From NCBI GenBank assembly GCA_041586955.1, contig JBFGZE010000012.1:1-54288 (forward strand): 54,288 bases of DNA. The letters run 5' to 3'. Both the position numbers and the translations under genes were made by a program. Source of the stretch: Bacteriovoracaceae bacterium. GTDB lineage: Bacteria; Bdellovibrionota; Bacteriovoracia; Bacteriovoracales; Bacteriovoracaceae. Shown one piece after another: positions 28,153-38,685 of this stretch (its first letter is position 1; the number at the start of each line of letters is the position of its first letter). The notes below the pieces were generated by a model. The model saw nothing but the letters and a program-made list of their open reading frames with translations. It had not been told where the DNA came from and did not search any database.

Positions 28153-30900
28153 ATGAATGTCTCAAAATGTGCTTCGCACCTTTTAGAAATTGAAACAGGA
28201 AGTTTCAAACTCATGAATAAGGCAGTATTCAAATTTTTGACATTGAATTTCTTTCTTGTATTGTCGTTGCAAGTAGCGGCGAATATTCTCGTGAAAGAAA
28301 AGGCCAAGTCACACCTGAGATGGAATTTATATCTTCCTAAAGATCAAGTTGTTATCCACCGGAAAGGTCTTGAGGTAAAGATCCAAACTCTTGATTGGGA
28401 GCTTTTTGAAAAGATTCAAGCAGATATTAAGCGCCACTCTCTCTCTAAAAAATATTTTAAAGGCTTTACCGCCAAACAAAGCAAGGGGACGAATGTCGCT
28501 TCAATTGAATTGACCCTTGCCTCTCCAAAAGTAGAATTTTTCCATTTTTATCGTGAAAGAGATAAGCGTTATATAATGGACTTCTGGCAGGCAAAGGAAG
28601 AGAACGCACCCATTGCTAAAAAGGTTTTAACCCCGCAAAAAACAGATAGAAAGACGGCGTCGAAGAAATTAGCAAAAGCGAAAATCCAAAAATCTCGTCC
28701 TCTTAAGAAATCACAAAAAATGAAGGAAAAAGCAGCTAAGACCACCCAGGTGGAAGCTCTCGATTTAAATAAAGGTGCTTATCGTGATTTTCGCTATGGG
28801 GCCTCTTTTATTTGGAATTACAAACCTTTCTTACCTCGTTTAAGCAATATTGTTAATTTAGAACGGAAGACTCCTGAATTTTTTCACCCCATTAAAAATA
28901 GAGAATTTGAAAAAGATGAAAAAGAATCTCATCTACAATTAGTCATTAATTTATACCGTAAAAAGAAACTAGGGTTAATGTACAAGGCGATAAAGCTTTA
29001 TCAACAAAAATACGGTGACGATAATATTGATGATATTGAATACATTAAGGCCAATGCCATCATTCGTGATAATTTTCAAAAAGGGAATACAGAGCCTCGA
29101 AAGATGGCGATGAGTATGTTGAAAAATTTGGCCGAGCGTACTGAAAATTATGAATTACAGAGATCTATATATAAATACCTTCTTCAATACTTGGTTTATA
29201 ATAAGGAATATGTGGAGGGCCTTCGCATCTCAAAGCTACTCTATGTTAAAACCAAAGAGAATTTTGACTATGAGGAGTCTCATGTCGCAGCTGAGGCCAT
29301 CCTTTACAATCTTGCCCAATTAGGCCAAATAGATAAAATCGAAAAAGTTCTTTTAGATAAAACTTTGGCCAAAATCTTACCACGGCAAATGATGCTGGCC
29401 TATAAATATTATGTACACCTAGAGCGCGGTGAAACTGAGCAGATAATAAATTCATATGTTAAGGAAAAAAAGGGTTTTACTGGCCCCGTTCATGAGGCAA
29501 TTCTCTTCAATGTGGCCGAAGCGTATTTTCAAAATTCTCAATATCAAAAGTCGGTGGCGGTATTTGATAAATTAATTACTCAGCATTCTTACCACGACAG
29601 GTCAGGGCATGCTCGCCTTAGAATTGCCTTATCTTACGATTTATTAGGCCGTGACCCAAAATTGGTCAAGGAACTTTATAAAAAGGCCATTAATCGTACC
29701 ACGGTTCCAGAGATTAGTTTTGAAGCTAAAATGCGTTATGTGGCGCTGTCAACAATACGCAAAAGGAATTTGGAAGCTTCTGATTTAGAGCTACGAACAT
29801 TTTTAGAAATATCAAAAGATCAAAAGAAATATATTACAAGTGACCTTAAAAAATTATTATGGCTTGTACGCCTGCGTAGCTTTATTGTTGATAGCAAGTA
29901 CAAAGAAGCACTTTCTTATTTGAATGCGATCCCATTAATCACGTTGAAACCGCTTGAAAGGAGAGTGTTTGAAGCAGATGGTGCTGAAATTATTCAGGGT
30001 ATTATTGAGCAAAAGTATAAAAGTAGCGAATATTCTGACCTTATAAAAATTTGGGAATTATATAAAGACCGGTATGTGAATAAAGTCGCCAACGATCCTT
30101 ATATGAATTTTGTGGTGGGAACGTCTTTTATTAAAATGGGGCTTTTCGATGGATTTGATAAAGTTTTTTATCGCTTTAAAACTTTAGGATCTACGCCCGA
30201 TCGAACATTTCCGATTTGGGTTGACCGCAAGCATATTAAAGGCCAAGAGCGGGTTCTTGAAGAATTAAAATTAATAAAGAACCTGAAACTTAAAAATTGG
30301 GAGTTGGCCAAAAAGAACCTGCTTGACCTCGAAAAGGTGGCGAAACGATACATTAAGGTGTCATATTATCGCGGTGTCATCCATTATGAGGAAAAAAACT
30401 ATAAGGAAGCTGCACGTAATTTCGAGAACTTCCTGGCCAATACCGAAGAAAAACTTATTTATGATCCGGGTGATGTTGCCCTTTTGATCGGTTCTTATAC
30501 AGATAGTTTATACGAGCTTAACCAATTGAAAAAATACGAAAAAGTCTCTCGCGCCATTCTTTCTGATACTGAGAATTATGCACCTTCTGACCCATTTTTG
30601 GGGAAGGTGAGAGAAAAATTGGCATACTTCTTGATAGAAATAATGGCAGGGAAGGCCTCGAAAGAGGCATATGTTACCTTGGAGCCGGAGATTAGTCGCT
30701 TTAAAGAAGATTTCCCTAGTTCTATTTATAAAGGTCGAATTGATTTTCTATTAGGGGTGGCATTCATTAAAAATAAAAAAGTCGGCGACGGTAAGAAATT
30801 ACTACAAGAGCTTATTAAGAGAGAAGGAATCTCTAATTATATTAAGGAATTGGCAAAAAGTGAATTAACTTTATTGAATATTAAAAATAGAACTATTTAA
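28153..30900 (+). CDS. Large exported TPR-repeat protein heading the flagellar operon
   Basis: Signal-like segment from Met at 28213; helical TPR-like repeats (FNVAEAYFQ, YYRGVIHY, FLLGVAF). Confidence 0.75.
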   Translation: MNVSKCASHLLEIETGSFKLMNKAVFKFLTLNFFLVLSLQVAANILVKEKAKSHLRWNLYLPKDQVVIHRKGLEVKIQTLDWELFEKIQADIKRHSLSKKYFKGFTAKQSKGTNVASIELTLASPKVEFFHFYRERDKRYIMDFWQAKEENAPIAKKVLTPQKTDRKTASKKLAKAKIQKSRPLKKSQKMKEKAAKTTQVEALDLNKGAYRDFRYGASFIWNYKPFLPRLSNIVNLERKTPEFFHPIKNREFEKDEKESHLQLVINLYRKKKLGLMYKAIKLYQQKYGDDNIDDIEYIKANAIIRDNFQKGNTEPRKMAMSMLKNLAERTENYELQRSIYKYLLQYLVYNKEYVEGLRISKLLYVKTKENFDYEESHVAAEAILYNLAQLGQIDKIEKVLLDKTLAKILPRQMMLAYKYYVHLERGETEQIINSYVKEKKGFTGPVHEAILFNVAEAYFQNSQYQKSVAVFDKLITQHSYHDRSGHARLRIALSYDLLGRDPKLVKELYKKAINRTTVPEISFEAKMRYVALSTIRKRNLEASDLELRTFLEISKDQKKYITSDLKKLLWLVRLRSFIVDSKYKEALSYLNAIPLITLKPLERRVFEADGAEIIQGIIEQKYKSSEYSDLIKIWELYKDRYVNKVANDPYMNFVVGTSFIKMGLFDGFDKVFYRFKTLGSTPDRTFPIWVDRKHIKGQERVLEELKLIKNLKLKNWELAKKNLLDLEKVAKRYIKVSYYRGVIHYEEKNYKEAARNFENFLANTEEKLIYDPGDVALLIGSYTDSLYELNQLKKYEKVSRAILSDTENYAPSDPFLGKVREKLAYFLIEIMAGKASKEAYVTLEPEISRFKEDFPSSIYKGRIDFLLGVAFIKNKKVGDGKKLLQELIKREGISNYIKELAKSELTLLNIKNRTI

Positions 30901-30942
30901 AATTGTTTTCCCAGGATGGGGATTCTGATGACAGGAGGTCAA

Positions 30943-31875
30943 ATGGATAGAGTAAATGTTGAGTTATTTGGGAGAGATCCGAAAATACAAAAAGCTATTT
31001 CAATAGCACGCAATGTCGCTGTTACTAAGGCGCCAATGTTATTGGTTGGAGAAGCTGGTGTTGGAAAGAAAACTTTAGCAAAATATATCCATGAAAGTTC
31101 AAGTCGTCATGAAGGTAGCTTGGCCATCGTTGACTGTGCTAGTGACCATAAAGATGTTGAAAATCAAATTTTAGGTTTTCGCGATGAAGAGACAGGTCGT
31201 TTTCAGAAGGGAATTCTCGAGGCAAATAATGGTGGAACTGTTATTTTTGCCAACGTCGATAACCTTGAGGATGAGTTTCAAAAAAGAATTCATCAAATTC
31301 TAAATGAATTAGAAGATTATGATATTGATGTTAGAATTGTCGCCACGACAACTAAAAACCTTTCAAAACTAGTTGGTTCAGGACGTTTTTACCGTGGGCT
31401 TTATACATATATATCCAATAACTCCATTACATTAACCCCATTAAGAGAAAGAATTAATGATCTTGAAATGCTGGCAAGACATTTTGTCAAAGAAAACTCC
31501 AGTGTTGAAACTTCACGTATTGAAAAAGGTGCGATGGATAAAATCTTAAGTCATTATTGGACTCACAATGTCCATGAGCTTAGAACTGTTATTGAAAACT
31601 CTATGGCCAATATTGAAAATGGTGAATTGACAGAAGAGGCGCTTGAAATTGGTGAAAAAAGAGCGGTTTCTATAATTAGTGATGATGATAATGAGGGAAT
31701 TCGTTTAATGTCTCTTAAAGAGGCGGAAAGACTCCTTATTAAGAAGGCGCTCATTCATACTTCAGAAAATAGAACACAAGCAGCAAAAATTCTGGGCGTT
31801 TCGATTCGCACTTTAAGAAATAAGATCAATGAATATCGAAATTCCGGAAATGCCTACTTTGTTAACTTAAGGTAG
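30943..31875 (+). CDS. Degenerate sigma54-interaction (AAA+) Fis-family regulator
   Basis: GGAGG RBS; GEAGVGKK, Fis HTH NRTQAAKILGVSIRTLRNK; no GAFTGA; Walker B reads IFANVD. Confidence 0.85.
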   Translation: MDRVNVELFGRDPKIQKAISIARNVAVTKAPMLLVGEAGVGKKTLAKYIHESSSRHEGSLAIVDCASDHKDVENQILGFRDEETGRFQKGILEANNGGTVIFANVDNLEDEFQKRIHQILNELEDYDIDVRIVATTTKNLSKLVGSGRFYRGLYTYISNNSITLTPLRERINDLEMLARHFVKENSSVETSRIEKGAMDKILSHYWTHNVHELRTVIENSMANIENGELTEEALEIGEKRAVSIISDDDNEGIRLMSLKEAERLLIKKALIHTSENRTQAAKILGVSIRTLRNKINEYRNSGNAYFVNLR

Positions 31876-31889
31876 TACAGGAGGTTGGT

Positions 31890-32300
31890 ATGGAACTTGA
31901 TGACAAAACAATAAAAGCTCTTAGTGCAGCTCTCAATTTTCGGGAAATGAGGCAAGAGGTCATCTCTTCTAATATCGCCAACTACGATACGCCAGGCTAT
32001 AAGGCCAAAAGAGTTGGTTTTGAAAAGGCCTTGGCACGGGCATTAGATATCGATGGACAACAATCCCTTGATACCACGGATCCCAAGCATTTTAATGTTG
32101 GCGGTGGAGGATTTGAAACCCTAGAACCAGAAATATATGACGATCCTAATGGGGTTGTTAGTGAAGATGGTAATACCGTGGATCGAGAAGCAGAATTGGC
32201 CAAGATGGCAGAAAATAAAATTATGTATGATGCTGCTGTTCAAATGCTTAATAAGAAACTTGCTCTGCTGAAGTATGCGATTAATAGTGATCGGAATTAG
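31890..32300 (+). CDS. flgB: Flagellar basal-body rod protein FlgB
   Basis: NIANYDTPGYKA, DGNTVD. Confidence 0.95.
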   Translation: MELDDKTIKALSAALNFREMRQEVISSNIANYDTPGYKAKRVGFEKALARALDIDGQQSLDTTDPKHFNVGGGGFETLEPEIYDDPNGVVSEDGNTVDREAELAKMAENKIMYDAAVQMLNKKLALLKYAINSDRN

Positions 32301-32308
32301 GAGATTTA

Positions 32309-32746
32309 ATGGATTTTTTAACAAGTTTAAAAATAAGTTCCTCAGCATTAACCGCCAACCGAAAAAGAATGGGTGCGATCTCTTCCAATATTGCTAACGC
32401 TCAAACCACCAGAACTGCAGAAGGTGGGCCCTATCGCAAAAAGGAAGTCGTTTTTGGTTCCGAACCGGCGCGGGAAAACTTTTCGGACATTCTGGAAGGA
32501 GAGCTTGATGAAAAAGCACAATCTGTTCATGCAACAGAGGTCATTTCATCGAATAAGCCGCCTATATTAAAGTATGAGCCTAATCATCCAGATGCTAATG
32601 AAAAGGGATATGTGGCCTATCCTAATATTAATGTGATGGAAGAAATGGCGAATATGATTTCTGCGACACGTGCGTATGAGGCCAATATCAGTGCCATTAA
32701 TACGACAAAAGGTATGGCCATGAAGGCCTTAGAGATTGGACGCTAG
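32309..32746 (+). CDS. flgC: Flagellar basal-body rod protein FlgC
   Basis: NIANAQTTR..GGPYRK, HPDAN..GYV.YPNIN, RAYEAN. Confidence 0.97.
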   Translation: MDFLTSLKISSSALTANRKRMGAISSNIANAQTTRTAEGGPYRKKEVVFGSEPARENFSDILEGELDEKAQSVHATEVISSNKPPILKYEPNHPDANEKGYVAYPNINVMEEMANMISATRAYEANISAINTTKGMAMKALEIGR

Positions 32747-32756
32747 GAGATAAGTC

Positions 32757-33122
32757 ATGTCTATTAAAACTGTTGGTAATTTTAATAAAATGCTTGAGAA
32801 CTTTGAAACCAATTCATGGGCAAAAACAAAGGATTTAAGCAATACGACGAAATTAACGACTAATGAATTGGCGCAGAATCCCCTTGAAGTCGTTAAGGAT
32901 AAAAAAAGTTTTTCTGATATGCTGGCCCAATCTTTAGGTGAGGTGAATGGCCTACAGCAAGAGGCGAATAAGGCCATTCAAAAACTTGCGACTGGTCAGT
33001 CAAAAAACATACATGAAACAATGCTTGCAGTTGAAAGAGCAGAGATTGCTTTTAAAACGATGAATCAAATTCGCAGTAAAGTAATTGATGCCTATAAAGA
33101 AGTTATGAGAATGCAGGTTTAA
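32757..33122 (+). CDS. fliE: Hook-basal body complex protein FliE
   Basis: C-terminal IRSKVIDAYKEVMRMQV. Confidence 0.95.
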   Translation: MSIKTVGNFNKMLENFETNSWAKTKDLSNTTKLTTNELAQNPLEVVKDKKSFSDMLAQSLGEVNGLQQEANKAIQKLATGQSKNIHETMLAVERAEIAFKTMNQIRSKVIDAYKEVMRMQV

Positions 33123-33151
33123 GTAAATTTAGGTGAATCAGGAGGATTCCC

Positions 33152-34840
33152 TTGCAAGATTTTATTGAAAAAATTTATATGAACTTTGTCGAATTTTTTG
33201 GCACGCTGGATGCGAGTAAAAAAATTGGCCTAGTTACTATTTCGTTATTTATTATCACGATACTGGTATCGATTGTCTTATGGGCAACGAAAACTCGATA
33301 CTCTGTTCTCTATCAAGAACTCAATCGTGAAGATGCGAAGAAAATTTCGATCCTATTAGAGGAAAAGAAAATTCCCTATCAAACTGCTTCTGATGGAAAG
33401 AGTATTAGCATTCCCGAGGATATGGTTAATAAATGGCGTTTACAAATTGCGACCATGGGTGTGAACTTTTCGGGAACTTTAGGGTACGAAGTATTTGATA
33501 AGCAGTCTTTTGGTACTACTAGCTTCGTGCAGAAGGTGAATAAACAAAGGGCCCTTGAGGGAGAATTGGTCAAGACGATCAATTATATTCGAGGGGTAAA
33601 AAGAGCGAGAGTCCACCTTTCTATTCCTGAGTCTAGTCCTTTTGTCGCAGAGAAAAAGCCACCGACTGCTTCAGTTGTTATTGAATTGGATCGCGGTGTA
33701 ACTTTAACGAAATCAGAAATAAAAGGTATTGCTTCGCTAGTGTCTAGTTCAATTGATGGTATGCGACCAGAAAGCGTTGTTATCCTAGATGATCGAGGAA
33801 AAAAATTATCCGATAATATTTCTGATTCAATGACGGCGAATACCGCCAATCGAATAGCCCTTGAATCGAAAATGAGCCGTCAATATGAACAGCAGGTCGA
33901 AGAGATCCTTACCCGAGTGGTAGGTGAGGGAAAAGTGATTGCTAAAGTCTCTGTCAATTTAGATTACACTCAATCAGTGTCAACAGAGACGAAATATGAT
34001 CAAGAAAATGCCGCAATTCTGTCAGAGGTCAAGAATAGTCAAAATCTTAATGGATCACGGCCATCTCCTCAGGGAATTCCCGGTGCCAGAAGTAATTTAC
34101 CAGGTGAGCAGCCTCAACCAGGAATTCCAGAAACGCGGAATAATGTGGCCAAGGAATTAACAACGCGTAATTATAATGTTCCTACTAAAGTCACCAAATC
34201 TAAGCGTCCAACGGCGGGGATTCGCAATATCTCTGTCGCTGTCATGATTGATGGTAAGCAAATTCCAATGGTGGGGGAAAATGGTGAGTCCGTTGTTAAT
34301 GAAAATGGATTGGCCAAAACCAATTATGAGCAATGGTCTGAAGCGGATCTTGAAAAATTTAAGGCGATTGTCGCTTCCTCTATCGGCATTGATCTTAAAC
34401 GTGGTGATAAATTAACCATTAAGAATATGGAATTTGTTAAAGAAGATTTAGCGACAGCAGACGCCTTGATGCGTGAAAGAGAAAACCGGGAACTGATTAA
34501 GAATATTGTGAAATATTTGGCGGTTGGGCTTACGATCACTCTTTTCTTTTTTCTTGTTGTGCGACCATTTATTCAGTGGATTACAGATAATACAGTTGAG
34601 TCTGTACAGGATTTTCTTCCTAAAACCCTTGAAGAATTAGAAAGAGTTCAGGCAAATCAACGCCTGCCGGGTTTAGAGGATGCGCTACCTCAGATTGAAG
34701 AGAAGTTAAATCCAGAGAAAATTGAAGGTAATATGTTGAGAGAAAAAATTGTATCACTAGTAGAGCAAAATCCGGCGAAAGCGGCACAAATTCTACACGA
34801 TATGATCCATTCAACTGAGTCAGACAGACAAATAGCTTAA
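33152..34840 (+). CDS. fliF: Flagellar M-ring protein FliF
   Basis: GYEVFD..FGTTSF, RALEGEL, ARVHL, two TM segments. Confidence 0.96.
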   Translation: MQDFIEKIYMNFVEFFGTLDASKKIGLVTISLFIITILVSIVLWATKTRYSVLYQELNREDAKKISILLEEKKIPYQTASDGKSISIPEDMVNKWRLQIATMGVNFSGTLGYEVFDKQSFGTTSFVQKVNKQRALEGELVKTINYIRGVKRARVHLSIPESSPFVAEKKPPTASVVIELDRGVTLTKSEIKGIASLVSSSIDGMRPESVVILDDRGKKLSDNISDSMTANTANRIALESKMSRQYEQQVEEILTRVVGEGKVIAKVSVNLDYTQSVSTETKYDQENAAILSEVKNSQNLNGSRPSPQGIPGARSNLPGEQPQPGIPETRNNVAKELTTRNYNVPTKVTKSKRPTAGIRNISVAVMIDGKQIPMVGENGESVVNENGLAKTNYEQWSEADLEKFKAIVASSIGIDLKRGDKLTIKNMEFVKEDLATADALMRERENRELIKNIVKYLAVGLTITLFFFLVVRPFIQWITDNTVESVQDFLPKTLEELERVQANQRLPGLEDALPQIEEKLNPEKIEGNMLREKIVSLVEQNPAKAAQILHDMIHSTESDRQIA

Positions 34841-34851
34841 AGGAGTTAGAC

Positions 34852-35889
34852 GTGTCGGCAGAAGAAATACCAGTTGACCCTGATACGGAATATGTTCTAC
34901 TCGCTGGAGCAGAAAAGGCCGGTTTATTGCTAAGTACCTTGGGTGTGGCAACAACACAATTAATTTTCTCTTATCTTAGAGATAATGATGTTAAGCGTAT
35001 GATTAATTCAATGTCTAGCGTCAGAAAGGCCCCTATTTGGATGATTAAAAGGGTCTTGGAGGAATTTTATTCTGAACTGAACGAAGAAAATGACATCCTA
35101 TTTAGTGAAAATAAGGGACGTGATTTTATTATTAATGCTCTAGGTGAAGACCGTGCTAAGCAATTATTAGGTCAAATCGTCGATGTCGGTACTCACAATA
35201 CTCTCGAATCTCTCGAACTTGTTGATACTCGAACGTTGGCCAACTTTCTGATCAATGAACACCCTCAGACTATTGCCCTTATTGTGGCGCATTTAAATCC
35301 TGAAAGAAAAGTGGATGTCTTACGACGACTACCAGAAGGCCTACAAGCAGAAGTTGTCCTTAGGGTCGCCAATCTTGATTATGTTTCACCTGAACTGATT
35401 GCTCAACTGGATGACGTTCTTAAAACTGAACTTTCAACACTTGGTTCAATTGATACAAATCAGCTTGGTGGTGTTGAGCCGATTGCTGATATGCTGAACT
35501 TAATGGATAAAAATAGCGAGAAAAATATCATGACTCGCGTTGAGGAAAAAGATCCAGAGTTGGCGGAAGAGATTAGAAAACTAATGTTTGTTTTCGAAGA
35601 CCTTATTTATGTTGATGATCGTGGAATTCAAGCGATTCTTAAAGAAGTCGATAACCAAAAGTTGGTGGTTGCTCTTAAGACAGCTAACGATGAAATTAAA
35701 ACCAAACTATTTAAAAATATGTCAAATAGAGCAGCAACACTTCTTATGGAAGACCTTGAAGCACTAGGGCCAACAAAATTATCTGATGTTGAAAAGGCCC
35801 AGTCTGAAATTGTTCAGAAATGTAAGGAGCTTGAAGCTCAAGGTAAGGCCTTTATCTCGAGAGGTGGAGATGGAGATGCTCTTGTTTAA
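34852..35889 (+). CDS. fliG: Flagellar motor switch protein FliG
   Basis: EHPQTIA, GGVE, MFVFEDL. Confidence 0.97.
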   Translation: MSAEEIPVDPDTEYVLLAGAEKAGLLLSTLGVATTQLIFSYLRDNDVKRMINSMSSVRKAPIWMIKRVLEEFYSELNEENDILFSENKGRDFIINALGEDRAKQLLGQIVDVGTHNTLESLELVDTRTLANFLINEHPQTIALIVAHLNPERKVDVLRRLPEGLQAEVVLRVANLDYVSPELIAQLDDVLKTELSTLGSIDTNQLGGVEPIADMLNLMDKNSEKNIMTRVEEKDPELAEEIRKLMFVFEDLIYVDDRGIQAILKEVDNQKLVVALKTANDEIKTKLFKNMSNRAATLLMEDLEALGPTKLSDVEKAQSEIVQKCKELEAQGKAFISRGGDGDALV

Positions 35890-35903
35890 TGAAGGATTTT
35901 TAA

Positions 35904-36878
35904 ATGTTGAATAATGATATAAAAGAATATGAATTTACAAACTTTACTGAAGTGTCACAAGAAAAGGACACTATTAAAGGTTTTGAATTTCAAGAAATTA
36001 ATAAAGAGACTCCGGCCCAAATTGAGTCGAAGCAGTTAGGTATAAAAATTGAGCGTAAATACGCCCAAGAAAGTAACTTTGCAATTTCTCCCATCGTTAA
36101 ACAGCATAGAGGAATTAATGATCAAGAAGAGGAAGAGCGAGAAAGACGTATTAATGATGAGGTTGAAATTCGTCTCGATAAATTTCGTCAAGCTGCCTAC
36201 GAAAAAGGCCATCAAGAAGGTCTAGAAGCCGCGAGAGAAGAAGTTTTTAATCAAAGTCGCCAAGCATCAGAAGAAAAATTGGAATTATTAACAAGTATGA
36301 TCAGCGAAGTCCTAGAGACGAAGGCCGAGCTGTTAAAGCAAGAAAAATTATCAGTTCAAAAAACAGTTAAAAGTCTCGTCAAATGGATTATTTTGCGGGA
36401 ACTCAAAGACGATGGTAAGTATGTTGAGCGATTATTGCAAAAGTTAATCGAAGAAATGGGGTGTAAATCTAATATCCTCATTCAAGTTAATCAGAAAAAC
36501 TTTGATGATATGCCAGAGATTCTGGAAACCATTCAGAACAAGATCGGCACTCTTAAAAATGTTCGCCTTGAAGTTGATTATGATATGGAAGAAGAGGGGA
36601 TTACCCTTAATACCCAGAATGGCATTATCGATGGTAAATTATCAGAACAATTTAAAACATTAGATAAATTATTTTTTCATGTCGGTCTTGAAGAGGTTGA
36701 AGATTTTGATTTGGATGAGTGCAAAAATGAGAAGTCCATTAATGATCTTCTCGATGAGAATAAGTCTGAAATAGTACCTATCAATACTCTTGTTGAAGAA
36801 GCGACTACGGAAAATGATCTCGAAAATAGAGACCTTCAAAGTTCCAAAGATCAGGAGTCTCCCGATGACGAGTCTTAA
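35904..36878 (+). CDS. fliH: Flagellar assembly protein FliH
   Basis: Position between fliG and fliI; AYEKGHQEG, GIIDG motifs. Confidence 0.8.
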   Translation: MLNNDIKEYEFTNFTEVSQEKDTIKGFEFQEINKETPAQIESKQLGIKIERKYAQESNFAISPIVKQHRGINDQEEEERERRINDEVEIRLDKFRQAAYEKGHQEGLEAAREEVFNQSRQASEEKLELLTSMISEVLETKAELLKQEKLSVQKTVKSLVKWIILRELKDDGKYVERLLQKLIEEMGCKSNILIQVNQKNFDDMPEILETIQNKIGTLKNVRLEVDYDMEEEGITLNTQNGIIDGKLSEQFKTLDKLFFHVGLEEVEDFDLDECKNEKSINDLLDENKSEIVPINTLVEEATTENDLENRDLQSSKDQESPDDES

Positions 36879-38229
36879 TCTCGATGTCGTCTATAAGATT
36901 TACGAACATAGCTCTCCTTATCAAAAAGTAGGAAAAGTACACTCTAATAAAGGCATGATGTATGAAGTTCATTTAGCACGGGCCGTTCTTGGTGCTAATG
37001 TTGAATTTATTACAGAATTTGGTGAGCGTTGCCTTGGAGAAGTCGTTTCTATTGAAGGTGCCAAATGCCTTTGCATGCCTTATGATGAGATCAGTGGAAT
37101 TAATTCAGAAACCAAAGTATATCTTAAGGATTTAACCACCAGTATACCCGTCACAGACGCCCTTCTAGGTCGAGTCGTCGATTATCAATGTAATCCTATT
37201 GATGGTTTAGGACCGATTGAAGGCGACGTTAATTTTCGTTCAATTTTTGGCCAATCGATTAATCCATTAGAAAGGCCCCCTATCGAATCTGTTTTAGATA
37301 CGGGAATTCACTCTATTAATTGCTTTATGACAGCTGGTAAGGGGCAACGCTTGGCCATTATGGCGGGGTCAGGTGTTGGTAAGTCCGTAACTCTTGGGAT
37401 GATCGCTCAAAACACTAACGCCGATGTTAATGTGATTGCACTTATTGGAGAGCGGGGGCGTGAGGTTCTTGAATTTATCAAAAATGACTTAGGCGAAGAA
37501 GGCCTAAAGCGATCAGTTATTATTGTGGCAACTTCAGATCAATCACCTTTAATTCGCGCGAAGGCCGCTTATGTGGCGACAACTATTGCCGAATATTTTC
37601 GCGATGAAAATAAAGATGTTCTTTTGATGATGGACTCAATTACCCGCTTCGCAATGGCCTATAGAGAAATAAGCTTAAATGCCGGTGAACCTCCTGGTCA
37701 AAAGGGTTACACTCCTACTGTTTTTGCCAAATTGCCTAAACTTATGGAGCGCGCGGGAACAAAGGCCGGGGTGGGAACCATTACGGGAATATACACAGTT
37801 TTGGTTGAAGGTGGAGATATGGATGAGCCAATTGCTGATGCGGTTCGAGCAATTGCAGATGGGCATATTATCTTAAGCCGTGAACTTGCTTCAAGGAACC
37901 AGTTTCCAGCAATTGATGTTCTTCAATCGCTCTCCAGGGTAATGAGTAAGGTTGTTTCTAAGGAGCATCGAGTCGTTGCCAGTTTCCTGCGGGATTTAAT
38001 GGCCGCTTATAAGGAAAATGAAGATCTGATAAATGTTGGGGCCTATGCCCATGGCTCCAATCCTCGTGTCGATAAATCTTTGGTCATTCACGATCACCTG
38101 ATGAACCTCTTAAAGCAAGAAATTGGCATGGCCGACTTCCTAAAGATAGATGAATTATATGATCGCATGGTCGAGTTGGCACGCGCCGCTGAAAATGCAG
38201 TTAATCCTCCTGCTCAAGAGGAGGCCTAA
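36865..38229 (+). CDS. fliI: Flagellar export ATPase FliI
   Basis: AGSGVGKS, LIGERGREV, MDSITRFA; start set at ATG 36865 after AGGAG. Confidence 0.96.
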   Translation: MTSLNLDVVYKIYEHSSPYQKVGKVHSNKGMMYEVHLARAVLGANVEFITEFGERCLGEVVSIEGAKCLCMPYDEISGINSETKVYLKDLTTSIPVTDALLGRVVDYQCNPIDGLGPIEGDVNFRSIFGQSINPLERPPIESVLDTGIHSINCFMTAGKGQRLAIMAGSGVGKSVTLGMIAQNTNADVNVIALIGERGREVLEFIKNDLGEEGLKRSVIIVATSDQSPLIRAKAAYVATTIAEYFRDENKDVLLMMDSITRFAMAYREISLNAGEPPGQKGYTPTVFAKLPKLMERAGTKAGVGTITGIYTVLVEGGDMDEPIADAVRAIADGHIILSRELASRNQFPAIDVLQSLSRVMSKVVSKEHRVVASFLRDLMAAYKENEDLINVGAYAHGSNPRVDKSLVIHDHLMNLLKQEIGMADFLKIDELYDRMVELARAAENAVNPPAQEEA

Positions 38230-38232
38230 TAA

Positions 38233-38685
38233 ATGCAAACAAAATTTAAATTCAAGTTAGAAGGTCTTCTTAAGATTAGAAAATTTAATGAACAAAAAAT
38301 TAAAATTGAATTGGGAGTCATTTTAAAAGACATTCAAAAGGCCAAAGATAGAATTGGTGAGCTTAATTCATTTTTAGATGAAGGGTATAAGAGTCAAGAA
38401 GGAGTTGCAACCGAGGCGACAGGGAAGGTCATGGGATTTTATCCTCTTTATTTTAATGGCATCCGTGAGGATATTAATAATCAATATAATTATATCTCTA
38501 TAATGGAAAAAAAATATCAAGAGAAACTAACGGAACTGACTGAGGCCCGTGGTAAAGTAAAAGTTTTAGATAATATGAAAGAAAAAAAGCAAACAGAATA
38601 TAAACATGCCCTTAATAAGAAAAAGGATGCTCTTGTTGAGGAAATGAATTTAATTAATAAATTTCAAAAAGAGGCGAATTCATGA
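38233..38685 (+). CDS. fliJ: Flagellar export chaperone FliJ
   Basis: KFKFKLEGLLKIR N-terminus, coiled coil, directly after fliI. Confidence 0.85.
   Translation: MQTKFKFKLEGLLKIRKFNEQKIKIELGVILKDIQKAKDRIGELNSFLDEGYKSQEGVATEATGKVMGFYPLYFNGIREDINNQYNYISIMEKKYQEKLTELTEARGKVKVLDNMKEKKQTEYKHALNKKKDALVEEMNLINKFQKEANS

Noticed and set aside
27974..28212. Expected sigma54 -24/-12 promoter for the flagellar operon
   Set aside because: No TGGCAC-N5-TTGC-like site with correct GG-N10-GC spacing was found by eye.
36790..36864. Long N-terminal extension of FliI from the ORF track (similarly 6610, 24776, 30916)
   Set aside because: Downstream ATGs with good RBSs fit better; the extensions come from longest-ORF calling.
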